The notes under the pieces were generated by a model. That model saw only the letters and a program-made list of their open reading frames with translations, made no database searches and had not been told where the DNA came from. From Botryllus schlosseri (lineage: Eukaryota), in assembly GCA_051294905.1 (NCBI GenBank), contig CM119371.1, positions 40,364,001 through 40,428,000 on the forward strand: 64,000 nt of DNA. The letters run 5' to 3'. Below, one piece after another: positions 1 through 14,000 of this stretch (positions are counted from its first letter, which is position 1; every line of letters starts with the position of its first letter). Position numbers and translations under genes: made by a program.

Positions 1-3000
1 AGTTGCAAATCATAATCGGTTTAGAAATTGATGTAAAATGGAGGGTCGTTTTTGTGGTTAAGTCTGCCTGTAAAAACTGAGAAGTGCTTGCATGTCCACC
101 ACTAATTGGTGTTTCCCATGGTCATGCAGTGTACAAAGGACAACAGGGAATCCTTATGATTGTTGCTTTATGCCACCACTTTGTCAGCAGTGATAATTTC
201 ATTCATGTGCTCTGTTAGCTCGCCCTGGTGAATGTTGAAATACACTTGCATTTTCTTGCCTTGTGATATCTTCCTACACTGCTGACTCAAATATTCAATG
301 CATCTTGTGTGGGTCGAATGCTGCTACCAACTGTAATGTTGCGTGGTGACCGGTATATGCTATGCAGAATTGCATTTTTCCCAATCTTATTTACCTTGAT
401 ATTGTCAGAACGGCTGCAGCCATAGATACAAACTGCAAAATCTACACACTTACAGACAGAACTTGTCATGGGTTTTTGAACAAGTCTAAATGTCAATAAT
501 GCCCTCGCCTAATGTTATCAGCCACCTGTACTATTGTTTCGTGACGGTTTTACTTTTCGTATCAGGATAGAGAAGATTCCAAGACTATTGTCACAACCAC
601 AACTGATGATTTGAAAAAGAATTATTAACGAAGGATACATAGATTGGACAGTGGCATTTCAGGTACGTTAGGACTACGAACACATCAGGCTTAATCATTA
701 GTAATAACTGTTTTATTCAATTGTATCAATCCAGTGATAGTGACAGCAGGATTGACGAAGCTACTGAAATTGCAGTCATTACTTTTGAAAGCCTGAATAA
801 ACCGCCAATAAAAGACGGGATTGTCTGCTTTGCAAGTCAAAACAGGTACACACAACTGCGAATTCAATGAATATATATGATTGCCCAAATCATGGAATAA
901 CACTATGAACTATGGCAACCAAGCAGGAAAGATAGACCTATTAACGGGTGTATGTCATGAATGTCCTTACCTTGTAATTAGGGCAATTTTTGTTTCACTG
1001 AAATCCGGTAAAAGTTACATTGAATTTCAACAAAATTTGCAGAACAAAGTTGCATTCATGCATGTATAACCCAGCAGCTCACATATTTATTACTGCGCCC
1101 CTAAAATCTGGTTGCTACAGTTTCATTAGGCTGAAATTCAATGTATCAAATATTCTTACAGTAAAAATGAGAAGCTACCCACACAGAAATCTCATGATGG
1201 AGATCTCTGCCTTAGTCTGTCATTTCAACTTGCGTCAACGTTATCGCTTCTTAGAAAGGAGCGAATGTACTTTTATAAACACACAGTTCGAACTAACTGA
1301 GCTATCTCAAGAAAACATTACTGTTTGTGGTGGTTTGACCAAAATCCAATTGATACTTTCACATCTAATTTAGTTGGGCACTGTCGTGCTTTATTGGGGT
1401 TGTTGAACGTCCAGCTGGCAGGTCAACTGTTGCATCATAGATAACATTGAGGTGCAGCTAATACCGTTACATACCTCTTGGTTATGGAAATCAAAGAGGA
1501 TAGGATGGGAAGCTGCTGGCAGCTGTTGAAAAAATGTTGCAAAGACTTGTCATACCAATCACTTATAAAAATATGTCTGTTTCAGGCTCACAAGATACCA
1601 TAAGTAAGAAGAATGATCCACCGCATCTGGTCGGCGCCAGGCATCAAAATGGAATCAAAGGCTGGATTATTGGACATTCGTTCGTTCATTTACAATGTTT
1701 CATCGTAAACTATGACCATTTTATCCTGTTAAAAGTAGACATGAACAACTAGACAACATGATAATTCTATTTTTTGGTATATTTTCCTGAAAATTCTACA
1801 AAAGAACTACATAGCGTCTATCGAGCTGAGCTTGTACAGATATTTGCCGTTTTCATGTGTTCGAGCATGAACTCTGACGTGATAGGAACTGAACTTCATC
1901 GAATTTCCAAGTTTTCACAAATTCAGTAATTGTAAGTTAATTTTTAAAACATTGTAGTTCTAATTCTAGTTAATTTTGAAAACTAACCTTGTAGCTGTAA
2001 TTCTAATTTGAGTTGAAAAAATCTAATCTTGGTAAAATTCTAATCTAATTTAGATGAGGTGAATTTTTCTTGCTGGCCACATCTGGTTGAAAGTTACGGT
2101 AAGGTATTTGAACTGTCAAGTAACTATGCCAAAAATATTGATTTATACTATTGCAGTGGTCCTGTTTTACTGTGCATTACTTCGTTGCCTTGCATTTAAT
2201 CATTGACTTGACTTGATGGTTACACTGTAAACTATATAAATATCTTGCGCTTATAAGTTCGGAGATGTGCGTCTTGAGTAAGTAATAATTTTTCAGTACT
2301 GCCGTGGCCCTGTTTCATTGTGCATCATATTGTTGACTTCCATTTTATTATAATCAATGGTTACATTGCAAGCCTTAATTATTTCATGCTGTGCGTAAAT
2401 TGCGCAATAGTGCCATGCCAGAATTCCTGATTTATTGTGCATTGTTCGCTTTTATTATCAATTTTTTCATGCTTCGTCTTATCACTGATTTTCACATGAT
2501 AGTCTGATATTGTATTTGATTTTGAATACGATGGTTTCATTATCACATGAAAGATTTTTCAATGCTGCATGCAAGCGGTGGGGTCTGAGTCGACAACGCC
2601 AGATCAGCTAGTAATCGCTCTTACGACTGACAATCCCCTGCTGCACATGTACATTTGGTGGTATCACTTTGATCTTATTCTATTAAGTGCCACTTCTAAT
2701 TCATCAAATATATGTTTTTATCACCACAACAACCAATCCGCAGCACCTTGCTAATTTTCTCTGATATGCGTGTGGTGGTCTCACACTCACCACAAATACT
2801 ATAATTTGACTCAGACAGCCGTATATATTGATTCGTGGTTTGGAGCTTTAGTAGTAAGTGGGCTTTATATACTACAGTATTCTAATGGATTTAATATGTG
2901 CACTATGCAGTAATGGTTGACATTGCTCTATACGCTTAGCATACAAAGTAGCTGGGTAGCGCTGGCGGAATCTTCGAGGCTAGCAATAATGGTCCGAATG

Positions 3001-3246
3001 CCAGAGAAATATTCTGGATTTTTCAGCTCAATAGGGTGTTAATAGGATTTCACCTTTAGGGTGATTTTTGTATATCCACCTTCAAAGTCGGCACAGTTTT
3101 TACATGGTGCCTAGGAAACGTCTATATGAGACAACACCACATGCCACAACACAAAACCACAACATCAACGGCTATTCAGGTGTTCTTTTTTTTTACGTGC
3201 AACGCGTTCTCTTTGGCGTTGTCACCAACGGAAAAATATTTAGAGT

Positions 3247-3890
3247 GTATGTTTAGTGTTGTTGGTATTGTTAAACGTTGTCGCCGGTAGCTGTTGGTAT
3301 ACTATTACGAGTGTGAAAAGGATTTACACGGCCTGTGCAGAGTATCGCGATAGTAAACATATTTTTGGTGCGACGAAACAAGATCGTTGTTTAAATTTTA
3401 ATGCATTTCGATTACCGAGTTGCTGTACAGTAGAGATGACTCTACATTAGACCGTGCTGTATACTTCGATTAAAACCACAAGACCACATGTAAATCTATT
3501 CGCGCAACTCGATGATGTTGATATAGTGTTACTAAAATTAATTATTACCTATTTACACAACATAAAAATAACAATTCATGTCGTAGCAGGTTTCTTGAAC
3601 TCGTGCTTGATGAAACGAATGGTGACAAGTATGCGTTTGTGTTTGAGTGAAAAATAATTATTTTGAGTAGTGACATTTTGTAACCAACGAATGCAAATCG
3701 ATCATGATATTACAATATACGCTTTCGTCAACATAACGACTTGGTGTAGAAATACTTTCACGTTTTTTTGAATAACTGGATTCTCGAGACTTGTTACTTG
3801 TACGATGTGCCATTGGTGTGCAAACTATAACGACCATTTTGTATGATAACATCTTCTAGCTGTTTTGTTGTGAGGACAACCATGTGATGA
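3247..3890 (+). repeat. ~650-bp module also present at ~18841-19497 (+) and ~14239-14895 (-)
   Basis: Long shared blocks such as aatgcaaatcgatcatgatattacaatatacgctttcgtcaacataacgacttgg. Visibly more diverged than the two arms are from each other. Confidence 0.92.
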
Positions 3891-6236
3891 ATTGTGTGTA
3901 AGATGTAAGCACCGTAACTAGAAAACATATGTACTCTGTTGTTGGAGTAGCTGATTTATTGTTATGACATGGACATATCCTGAAGCCTTGGTTTGTTGTC
4001 TTACGAAAGATGAGGCGACCTCGGTGTCGTAAATTGTGTTAACTAAACTCGTATGGATACCACAATTGTGCTGGACTTGCACATGGTATTCGCATACTGT
4101 ACACATACAAACTTTTGTGTAAACAACTCTGGTGTTTCTGGTAATACTAGTTATGTGTTGAACTACTTGATTATTAAGATACATGAACAACCATTCAGAC
4201 AATAAAGTTCTTGAGGTATCGAAACAGTTTGAACGCACCACCAATCATTGTACAGGTTTGTAGCATGAGCGAATATTTTCGTGTAACATGAATATATTTC
4301 GTATGGCTTCGGTAAGAAATGGGTTATGTGGGATAATAATTAGTATCGTAAAACTTGTTGTGTTTGATTGCATACTTTTTTTAACATTGTTTGTTGTTGA
4401 AAGACGGGTGAGTTTACATTTACATTAAGCAGAGCAACTCAAGTAATAAATTTTACTCGTTTGAAAATCGACAACAGAAAAAATACCGATGAATGGAGTA
4501 ACAGTAATAATATGTGTGGTATATTATTTTTAGTGATATGCAACCAATCTTCTGAGCAGAACTTGTCAATAATTTATCGTGCCATAGAAAAGCCTATTGT
4601 TATGAATTCAAAACAAATGTACTTCGCTTATCACGATGATGGAAATTAAGATCAATGCAGTATTTCGAAGTGGTATGTTCCCCAATCACTAAATGTCAGT
4701 TAGTTAAACGATACATTTACAAGTTTACCGAAATCTTGATTTACAAATAACAGCTTGATGATGTAAAGCTCAACCACGCAAATGTGTTCATTGTAAAGTA
4801 TTTGACACAAACAAAATATCGAATGGAGACTTCGGTTTCATTACCAAGCTAGTGAAATTTGTTTTCTGTTGGCCAGGTAGGACACATTTTGACAAACATC
4901 GTACACATTGTATCTTCGTGATGGTAACGACTTTCAGCGGCTTGGTTTCATGTCGGGAATTATTATTTGAGGGTTCAAGAATGATTTCAATCAATACTAG
5001 AAATGAACAACAATACAAAACACGTTTAGCAAATAACAGTCTAGCAAGTACTTTTTTGATATTACGAGTGTTGGGCACTAGACACTTCTAGTTGAATTGG
5101 ATGCATCTAACAAACATATCACAATTTATTTTTACAATAATCAAAGTCTTAGAGTGTATAACCTCGCGATATTTTACATTTAGCACACACAATGGGGAGT
5201 TACTGAAATGATTAAGAATTGATCGCTAGCTTCGAACGGTACTCGATACTCAAAGTGATATTTTCACACTCTGTAAAGTGCATATGTTTCAATTCTCTGT
5301 CACAAATTCCGACAATAAATCGTTGGATTCAATAGTAACGATATTGTGATATACTGATTCTACACATAGTCGTTTCAATTACCCGTTGGGAATCGGGATA
5401 ATAAAGCATTTTGTATCGGATGTTCAATGTATGAATACTGGAATTATTACATCTTTAGTGCTGTTTATCGCAAACGATAGATTTTAATAATTGTACTGAT
5501 TGCTGAATGTAATAATACCGATATTGTCGTTTCATCTTTAGTCTTGGTTACTGGAAATATTTTCTGATATCCGCGATACGCAGAGTGATTTTTACCAAGG
5601 TGGAGTAATTTTCCTATCAAGAACATTTCAGACACACATAGTTTTACAGCTTAATACGTCAATAACATTGGTACTGAAAAGTTTGTTGCTGTCATAACAT
5701 TTACCACAACGCCGGGTCTAATTAACGCAAATAATTTAATAATAAAGTAATGATCAACTATTACAAAATCTCATATGTCAAATCAATGTGTCAATCCTTA
5801 TGTTCACAGCATGATAACTTTGAATATAACACCATCGTTCGATTGTAAGAAATGAATTCTCAACTACGTTGGTCGGACTTTCAAATCTCGTATACTCAAG
5901 CATATTATGTTAATCTCAAGTCGCCGACACTGAGAAGTAATATCGTCATATGAATACAACCAGGATGAATTAATTCAAGTTTGCGAGTTGTGGTGATATA
6001 ATCAAGTAAGTAAAAACTATATTTTTAACACCGGTTAATGTTATGAATAATTCTTTTGAGTATGGTAAGATGTTAAAATGTCTCTTTGGCAAACGGAAAG
6101 CAAGATCGCGAATAGAGTTGTAAGTTTCAAGGATTGTTTCAAAGTATGATCTTGAAATGTGACTGGATCAAAGTTGGTAGTCATGTTTGTCAATATATTT
6201 CAATTCACACTATGTCAAAGTCCAAATATTTCATTC

Positions 6237-6353
6237 TGGATTATTTGGATTTACCTTTAGTACATACCGCGAATGTGGATTATTTGGATTTACCTTTAGT
6301 ACATCCCGCGAATGTGGATTATTTGGATTTACCTTTAGTACATCCCGCGAATG
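6237..6353 (+). repeat. 39-bp tandem repeat, 3 copies
   Basis: Unit TGGATTATTTGGATTTACCTTTAGTACATCCCGCGAATG, with one substitution in copy 1. Confidence 0.95.
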
Positions 6354-7189
6354 GATCCCGATGCGGTACTATAACATTTTTGATAATAATGACTCAAGGA
6401 TTTTCAATCAACAATACTGGAATTTTTTGGTAATGCTAGAGTTGCCAAATGATTAGTTGCGTGTTTTTGTTAAGTGTTTGATTTCAAGTTAATAAAGACA
6501 ATAACTGTGTAATGCACATACTTGTGATTCTTGATTCTTGTAGAGTTATAGTTGGTATTGATTCTATAAGTGTGAAAACAGCGACGCGGAATGTGCGAAT
6601 AATTCGATGCGGCTGAAAGTCGGCGTCAGTAATATTCGGTTACGTTCGATTCAACAAAAACGCGTTAAGGGATTTGTCAAAGGATTAGAGTTGTACCGAT
6701 TTAAAACATTCAGATACGAATCGACTTGATTTGTGTAGTGAGTTTCATTTCGAGTTGACAAATTGACGCATTGATTGAATATTCTCATGATTTGTATCAC
6801 GCAACTAAAGTCAACCACTCTTCTGAAGTGTCAAAACATATAGCGATCGCGGGCAAGTGACAAATTGTTGGTTTTGAATCACCGTCTGCGACGGTTCTGT
6901 GACAAACTAATTACCGAAATATTACCTTGTGAGCGGGCATGAGGGATTGCTATGTCTGCAGCATTATCCGGTGAGTGGTTGTTGGATTTTAAAATTATAT
7001 CACAACCTTTTGAATAAGCGTTCACTTCACAAAGGATTAGGGTTAGAGCGGAAATAAGTGACAATTTGTCGTTATTCAAGTTACCGACACTGGCGGTCTG
7101 TTATTCGTTACTTATTAAATCTTACGAGTGAAATCAAGTTCTGCGACAAACTGATTACTAAAATTTCACCGCGTGAGCGAGCCAACACG

Positions 7190-8020
7190 AGTTTCCAATA
7201 CGACATGCGAGAGATACCTATACTTGAAAGTACGACGTGCGAGCGCACCCATAAGAACACATGGCGAATCACCACCACAGCCTATACCTGTAACGTTATC
7301 ATGTCACCCGAGTCATTATCTTGTCAGCGATCGCGGGGTTTTGCAAATATTTCACATCTTTTTGAAGTGTTCGTTTGCGAACGCGACTATTGTTGATATT
7401 CGAATCGCCGTCTGTCGCACGCACTGCGTAAATCCTCTTGCAAGCCACGTTTCCGTTTGCGCGGTTATTGTTGGTGACTATTCAACACCATGCGAGAGAT
7501 GCCTGAAAGTGCGAATCACGACCGCACCCATAAGAACACATGGCGAATCACCACCACAGCCTATACGCGAAAGTACGACATGCGAGAGATGCCTATACCC
7601 GAAAGGGCGATTCACGACCGCACCCATAAGAACTCATGGTGAGTCACCACAGATCCCGTAAGAATACATGACAGACACATTTATCGTCGTTAGCATGTCA
7701 CCGCACGTATACCAAAAAACATTAGCATGCCACCACGAGTTTTCACGTTAGCATATGCCGCCGCCGTCTATACCCGAAAAAGGTAACCATGTCGCCGCAC
7801 CCATAAGACACAGTGGCACCATGCGACCGCAGCCTATAGTTATAAGGGTCACCATGCCACCACGAGTTTCACGGCACCATGCCGCCGCAGCCTATACCCG
7901 AAAAGGTAACCATGCCACCCCCGCCATAAGACACAATGGCACCATGCCACCCCCGCCATAAGACATAAGGGTCACCATGCCACCCCCGGTTTCTCGGCAC
8001 CATGCCACCCCGCCCATAAG
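7190..8020 (+). repeat. Subterminal repeat array: CATGCCACC/CCCATAAG motifs plus three ~80-bp units at ~7199, ~7487 and ~7571
   Basis: Repeated catgcgagagat...gcacccataagaacacatggcgaatcaccaccacagcctatac, followed by many copies of caccatgccaccccc and gccataag. Confidence 0.85.
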
Positions 8021-8619
8021 GAACCAATGGCGATTCGCGAGCGATCTATATAACTACTGGTGTGGGCGAGGCGTGACTTATTACTATGCGAATCGCATAA
8101 ACCCGACATCAACTTCGGGCAGCATGTCTAATGTCACGTCTAACGTCAACATTTGATCTAAGCAAATCTGTTTGGCGTCGACATCAGACGCTGTTCACGA
8201 ATCAATCGCGTCTAAACATCGTTGGAATATTGCCAGATCGCATATGTACCTGTTGGGATGTTTCCGTGCGGGCCGTTCCGATTTTTGATTGGGTAGAATC
8301 GCATGTGTGTTTGGTTTGTAAATAGCATCGCGTAATTTGCGTAATATGTGTAAGTCTGACGTATTGTAACTCAATGTGTGGACTCACCCCACTTGATTTC
8401 GACGATGTTGTCAGTAATACTTAGTAGAAAAGTCACCATTTCTGATTGAGCTAACTACTTCGTTACAGCTTAATATTAACTTACTTTAATTGGCGTAAAT
8501 ATTTGTTATGCTCCGTACAGTATACACATTTTTTGTGGTTTTGTGGTTTTGTAGTTTTCGTTAGCATTTTACTCTTAGTAGCAATATCCCAATTCATGCT
8601 ATATATACATTGTATATAA

Positions 8620-8775
8620 TGCCGGTGACGTCATTGTTGGTCATACGATTGTTGATTTACAATGTTCTTTCCAATTCTCTACTGGTGTTTGACGATTACC
8701 CGAAACCTTCGGATTTGTTTCAATATGAATATATTATTCAGTTACATATTGAATTTCTGTACCTCCAAGAAACTC
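8620..8775 (+). mobile_element. Diverged solo fragment of the Penelope pLTR
   Basis: Matches ~39548-39718 (ggtgacgtca...ttctttccaattctctact...tttcaatatgaata...ctgtacctccaagaa). Confidence 0.75.
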
Positions 8776-10077
8776 TTCAAGTTGATATCATTTCTATATT
8801 ATTATGTACGGATGCAGTAGCAGTAATTAGTCATCGGCTACCTCTACATATCTCGTAGATATATGACCAGTGGATTGTACAATTTACATATAGGACATTC
8901 CAGCAGACTGACCTGACAATACACTTCGCCTAACGCTGTACGAAATATGCGGTGTCTGGCCAATATATTCGTGTCTATCAGTCACACGCGGCATTCATAA
9001 CATGCGTCAATCCCGTTCACAGCAACTGAAACGCCTACTTGCGATGCGAAAAGATGTCTTCAAATACAATATTGTTGTGTCATGACTAGCGTCTGCAGGT
9101 AATATTTCCTGGTTCAAACATACGGGATATCTCACTTCGAGTGCAGTTAAATTGCCGCATCACGTCGCTTTGAAATCGAATGACAGATTCCTCGCAAATA
9201 GGTAATGAACCCGGATAATTGAGCTATCAATAAAACTCGATAACTTTGCAGTAAAATTAGTATGCTGTAGCTTAAAGTTCCTTCGTCGAAAGGATCTGTT
9301 TGGTGTTCAGTTCAATGCTAATATGACATATATCAAATGGACGAGGATTGAGAAACCGCTCGGCCTGATCATTTCAACGCACGCAATTGATATCAACATG
9401 TATAAATATGCTACCACCACAAGCTTTGGTAACGCCGAAGTGTACGGGAACGGGTAATTTACCGTTAATTTATTGATCAATCTGTTTGGGTGAGGTCGAT
9501 GTGAATAGAAATCGGTAATTTGATGAAGCAAGCCGCTGCATCAAGTCGACCGAAATTCTGGCAGTATACGTCAAATGATACCACTGCTGAATCTCTGTTC
9601 TCAAATGGAACCAACAAGTTTTGCCTTCCAAGTTATAAAGCTCGAATCTAGTTATCTCTATTGAAAGGATAGTAGCCTATGTTTACCAAGGTCATTGTAT
9701 TTACGCCAGTAGTGTAGTTGGGTTCGTTTCGTGCAGGCCAATCAAATTACGCCACGTCGCCCTAATTGCCATGCCTACATTGCCACATCATCCGCCCATT
9801 GCCGCACCTATAGCACACCCATTGCCACATCATCAGCAATTGTGAATTTCAATACCGATTTTCCATGTGTATTTAGCAATATGTATTGATTAACTTGAAA
9901 TGTATCATCACTAATTAATTAATATAAAATGCGATTTTGAGCGCTGCGACTTGATAATATTAATCCCTACGCTTCTGATGAATGATTTTATGTGATAAGG
10001 ACCTTGGTAACATTCAGATTCTGCAACGATTGTTTGGATATACATTTTAGCAATACCCCACTAAACTATAGGTGGTT

Positions 10078-11422
10078 ATATTACTCTATTGGCCGGAGAT
10101 AACTCATCCGTCCATATTTTTGAACTTGATTTTATGTGTACAAGTTACGGTTTCTGCGGTCTCCACATTTTACGACTTATTTTGATTAGACGCAGGTAAG
10201 CGATTCTCAAGTTCGGAGCTATGGAAACAAATCAGTCGCATGTGCTCGTTCCGAACTCGCAACAGCTTAGTAGCATATACGCGAATCCCAAGGCGAAAAT
10301 AATCGAAAGAACTATAGCCGCCGGCGCGCGATTCTCAGGGCTGTAATTATACAAACACTTTATCTGCATATACGCGAACCCCAGCGTTATAACGACAGGG
10401 ACTAATTAGCGCGTTCTGAAGCCGTAAATTTAGTCAACTTCAATGAGATAGTCATGATTTAAAGATGGTAATATCTCTTAATGACTTTAATACTCTGTAT
10501 TTTAAATTATCCACACCTATGAGTCGAAATGTTGTTAAGTAACAAATGTTTTCAACATGACCTAAACGCAAAGTGCACGAATTTTCATGTTGATCAAATA
10601 CCACAAACTTTGCTTGCTTTCAGAGTTAGTAACGAAGCGCATAACAGTATTTACCCAAAAATAAATATTGAGAAATGGCATCATCACTAATTAATTAATG
10701 TTCATTTATTTCGAAAAAATCGCAATCTATACAGACAGACGCATACACTTTGCTGCATCTGAAGTAGAATTTCAGCGTCGGTATTTGTTATAAGCCGAGA
10801 AATGTACCTTCGCGCAATTTTTACAAGTAGTCGCACATACTTTGCTGCATCTGAAGTGGAATTCCAGCGTCGTTGTTTGCTATAAGCCGGGAAATTAGAG
10901 TCGACGCTTCGCGCAATTTTGACAGGTAGTCTCACACAATGTGGTTTTATATGATGATATATCAAAATAATACACATCATCACTAATTACTTAATATAAA
11001 ATGCGGCAGCTATATTACTCTATTGGTCAGAGATAACTCATCCATCCATATTTTAAACTTGATTTTATGTATACAAGTTACGGTCTCTGCAACCTCCACA
11101 TTGTACGACTTATTTTCATTAGACGCGGGCAAGCGATTCTCAAGTTCGGAGCTACGGAAACAAATCACTAGTATGTGCGCGTTCCGAATAGTCTTGTATA
11201 ATTTTCTAAAGTCGTAGCAGCTCAGTAGCATATACGCGAATCCCAAGCGAAAATAATCGAACGAACTATAGCCGCAGGCGTGCGATTCGCGGGACTTTAA
11301 TTATACAAACACTTCGGATGCCTGTACGCGAACCCCAGCGTTATAACGATTAGATCTAATTAGCGCGTTCTGAAGCCGTAAATTTAGTCAACATCATTGA
11401 GATAACCCTGATTTAAAGATGA
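10078..11422 (+). repeat. Diverged direct duplication within the arm (~10078-10470 vs ~11012-11422)
   Basis: Both copies read tattactctattgg...gataactcatcc...gcgattctcaagttcggagcta...gcgcgttctgaagccgtaaatttagtcaac. Confidence 0.85.
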
Positions 11423-12304
11423 TGACCGAGTGTGACAATAGCACTCGTCAAGGTTATACTAACATACCCTTAAACTACTCTCTACTTCACAAAATATAAA
11501 GTTAACGATTCCTAACTCGCAGTTACGAAGCAAAAGTCGATATTGCTTTGTGATGATTTTGATGTTGTTCCATACCGATCGGGAAGATAGCACACCTAAT
11601 TTCGTAACTAACTACATAATCCCTAGTAACGTAGTAAGACGCATAACGGAATTTACGCAAAATCGGTATTGCTCTGCGATAATTTTGATCACTATGTTTT
11701 GATAATGACTTGCTTCCGAGAAATAAATCACATTCATTATACGTTAGATGATACTTTTCCTTGATATTCTATCATGTGTATTTAGGACTAATGCGACATC
11801 ACTATGTTTGCGGCAGATCTGATTTGAACACACTAATTTTGCGTATCACACCACAAACTGCGCAAGCCTTCAAAGTTGATAAGTAAACAAGTATTTGCAC
11901 TCCATCAGAATACTAAAGTAGCTTTTCGCGTATATGTACCTAATACTAAAGTGTTTATGATTTCAAATTGCTTCAACTTCATGACATTTTCAGTATTAAA
12001 CAGAAATATAGACCTAGAATACTAACTTTTATTCGTAAATAGCTACTTCCTATACCTTAATTTAATGGATTTATCTGAGATCATTCCTTTACTTAATCTC
12101 TCCAAAATGTGCATTATACAAGTACGTCACCATCGAAACCCTCTCGCTATAACTATCTGGCAGTATAATTGCATTTATGACATTACGGCAATGTACCATG
12201 TCAAATTTTGTTACGCATTTCATGATTAAACAACTTTAAAACCAACGTAGTTCTATACCGACATTTGCGTGAATCTGTTTTGCGGGAGCGTAGCACATAC
12301 CTAA

Positions 12305-13170
12305 TCGTATGAATTTGTAAACTACTTATTCATGACATAGTAATAATTCTACTTGTGTACTTTTTCATATTTTGCAGCAATTTTAGTAGTACTTAAATAA
12401 AATTCGAAATATAAACTAATCGAAAAATTCGGTAACCAATTTCGCATAGGCTATGCATACAAATGAGGAAAGTTACATCAACGCGTGTTAACTAATTGAA
12501 TTATGTAGCTTGTAATTCATGCAAGTTTCGAAACTTCTACACTGAATCCTTTAAAGTAGATAGAATCGAAAAAACTAATCGAAAATATTCACGAAGTTTG
12601 GATGCGACATATTTGGGTTTTTTAAAATCATTCATACCCATGATTCGAAATACTTTAACTAACTTATGTTTTCGACATAAGATAAGCGTGAAATCTACAA
12701 ATTTCTATGTTGCGCGAATACCACAAACTTTGCTTGCTTTCAGAGCCGGCAACTAAATGCAAGACAGAATTTACGCAAAAGTTGCTATTCTGAAAATTTT
12801 GTCAAGGTAATAGTTTATAAACTTACACTTGAGCACTACGAAATGTTCAAGTACTTTATCTTTACACGACGTTTTTGTAAAATGAATACTAATATTATTG
12901 AAAAAATAAAAAATAAAAAGAGCGAAAAATTACATTTTATATCGGAACGCAACAAGAAAAATCGTATGAATTTGTAAACTACTTATTCATGACATAATAA
13001 TAATTCTACTTGTACACTTTTTCACACTTTATAACACTTTAAGTAGTACTTAACAGTTTCAGTTTTAAATAAAATACGGAATATAAACTAATCGAAAAAT
13101 TCGGTTACCAATTTCGCGTAGGCCATGCATACAAATGAGGAAAGTTACATCAACGCGCGTTAACTAGTTG
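12305..13170 (+). repeat. Direct duplication within the arm (~12305-12500 vs ~12961-13170)
   Basis: Both read atcgtatgaatttgtaaactacttattcatgacat...gcatacaaatgaggaaagttacatcaacgcg. Confidence 0.85.
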
Positions 13171-13252
13171 TATCGAGTTATCGAATGATTTTTTCCTTAC
13201 ATCAAAACAACTAGAACGTGAAACTACATTAAAAACGTATCTAAATGAGCTC

Positions 13253-14000
13253 CAGGGCATTGTGATTATGCAGCATACCAAATTTCATCAACCATTTCAT
13301 GATGGAACAACTTTAAAACTAACGCAGTTCTATAGCAACTTTTGCCTAAATCTGTTTTCGGTAGCGTATACATATACATAGTCAGCTTTAATAACAGAAT
13401 TACCAAGCTAATATGTGACTCCTCACCTTGCAACTTGGTACGTAGTTGTAGGACATTGTGATTATGTAGCATACCAAATTTCCTCACGCATTTCACAATG
13501 GAACAACTTTAAAACTAACGCGGCTCTACATCGACTTTTTGCGTACATCTGTTTTGCGGGAGCGTATAGAACATACCTATACATAGTCAACTTTAATAAC
13601 GGAATTACCATGCTTAACATTGAATCCCAACTCTAAACTTGATACGTAGTTGTAGGGCATTATGGCAATGCACCATGCTAAATTTCATCATACATCTAAT
13701 GATGGAACACCTTTGAAACTATCGCAGTCGAATATCGACTTTTACACAGATCTGTTTTTCGTGAACATAGCATATACCCATACATAGTCAATTTTAATAA
13801 CAGAATTAGCATGCTAAACCTTAAATTCTCACCTTGAACGTTGGTACCCAGTTGTAGGACATAATAACAATGCACCATACCAAATTTCGTCAGGCATTTC
13901 ATGATGTAACACTTTCAAAACCAACGCAGTTCTATACAGGCTTTTGGCTAAATCTGTTTTTCCGTAGCGTAGCACGTACCTATACATAGTCAACTTTAAT
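13253..14000 (+). repeat. Diverged tandem array of ~200-bp units (about 3.7 copies) inside the left arm; mirrored at ~20700-21447
   Basis: Recurring cataccaaatttc...gaacaactttaaaactaacgcagttcta...catagtcaactttaataac with a period of ~200 bp. A further diverged unit lies at ~12130-12305. Confidence 0.85.

Larger units (their letters stand above)
3247..8058. mobile_element. Partial second Polinton-like element: right terminus at 8058, left boundary not found
   Basis: Ends ...CTATATAACTACT (AGTAGTTATATAG read inward) after a GC-rich subterminal repeat array. 3247-3890 is homologous to the internal module of the 9708-24992 element. Confidence 0.55.

Noticed and set aside
1..1800. Possible decayed coding sequence
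   Set aside because: All frames are interrupted and no motif could be assigned with confidence. It needs a translated profile search.
2850..2855. AGTAGT as the left end of the element ending at 8058
   Set aside because: It does not match the inverted terminal sequence beyond 6 bp, and it is preceded by AGCTTT rather than GGTGTG.
6237..6353. CRISPR-like repeat
   Set aside because: Head-to-tail tandem units with no unique spacers, no cas genes, and a eukaryotic context.
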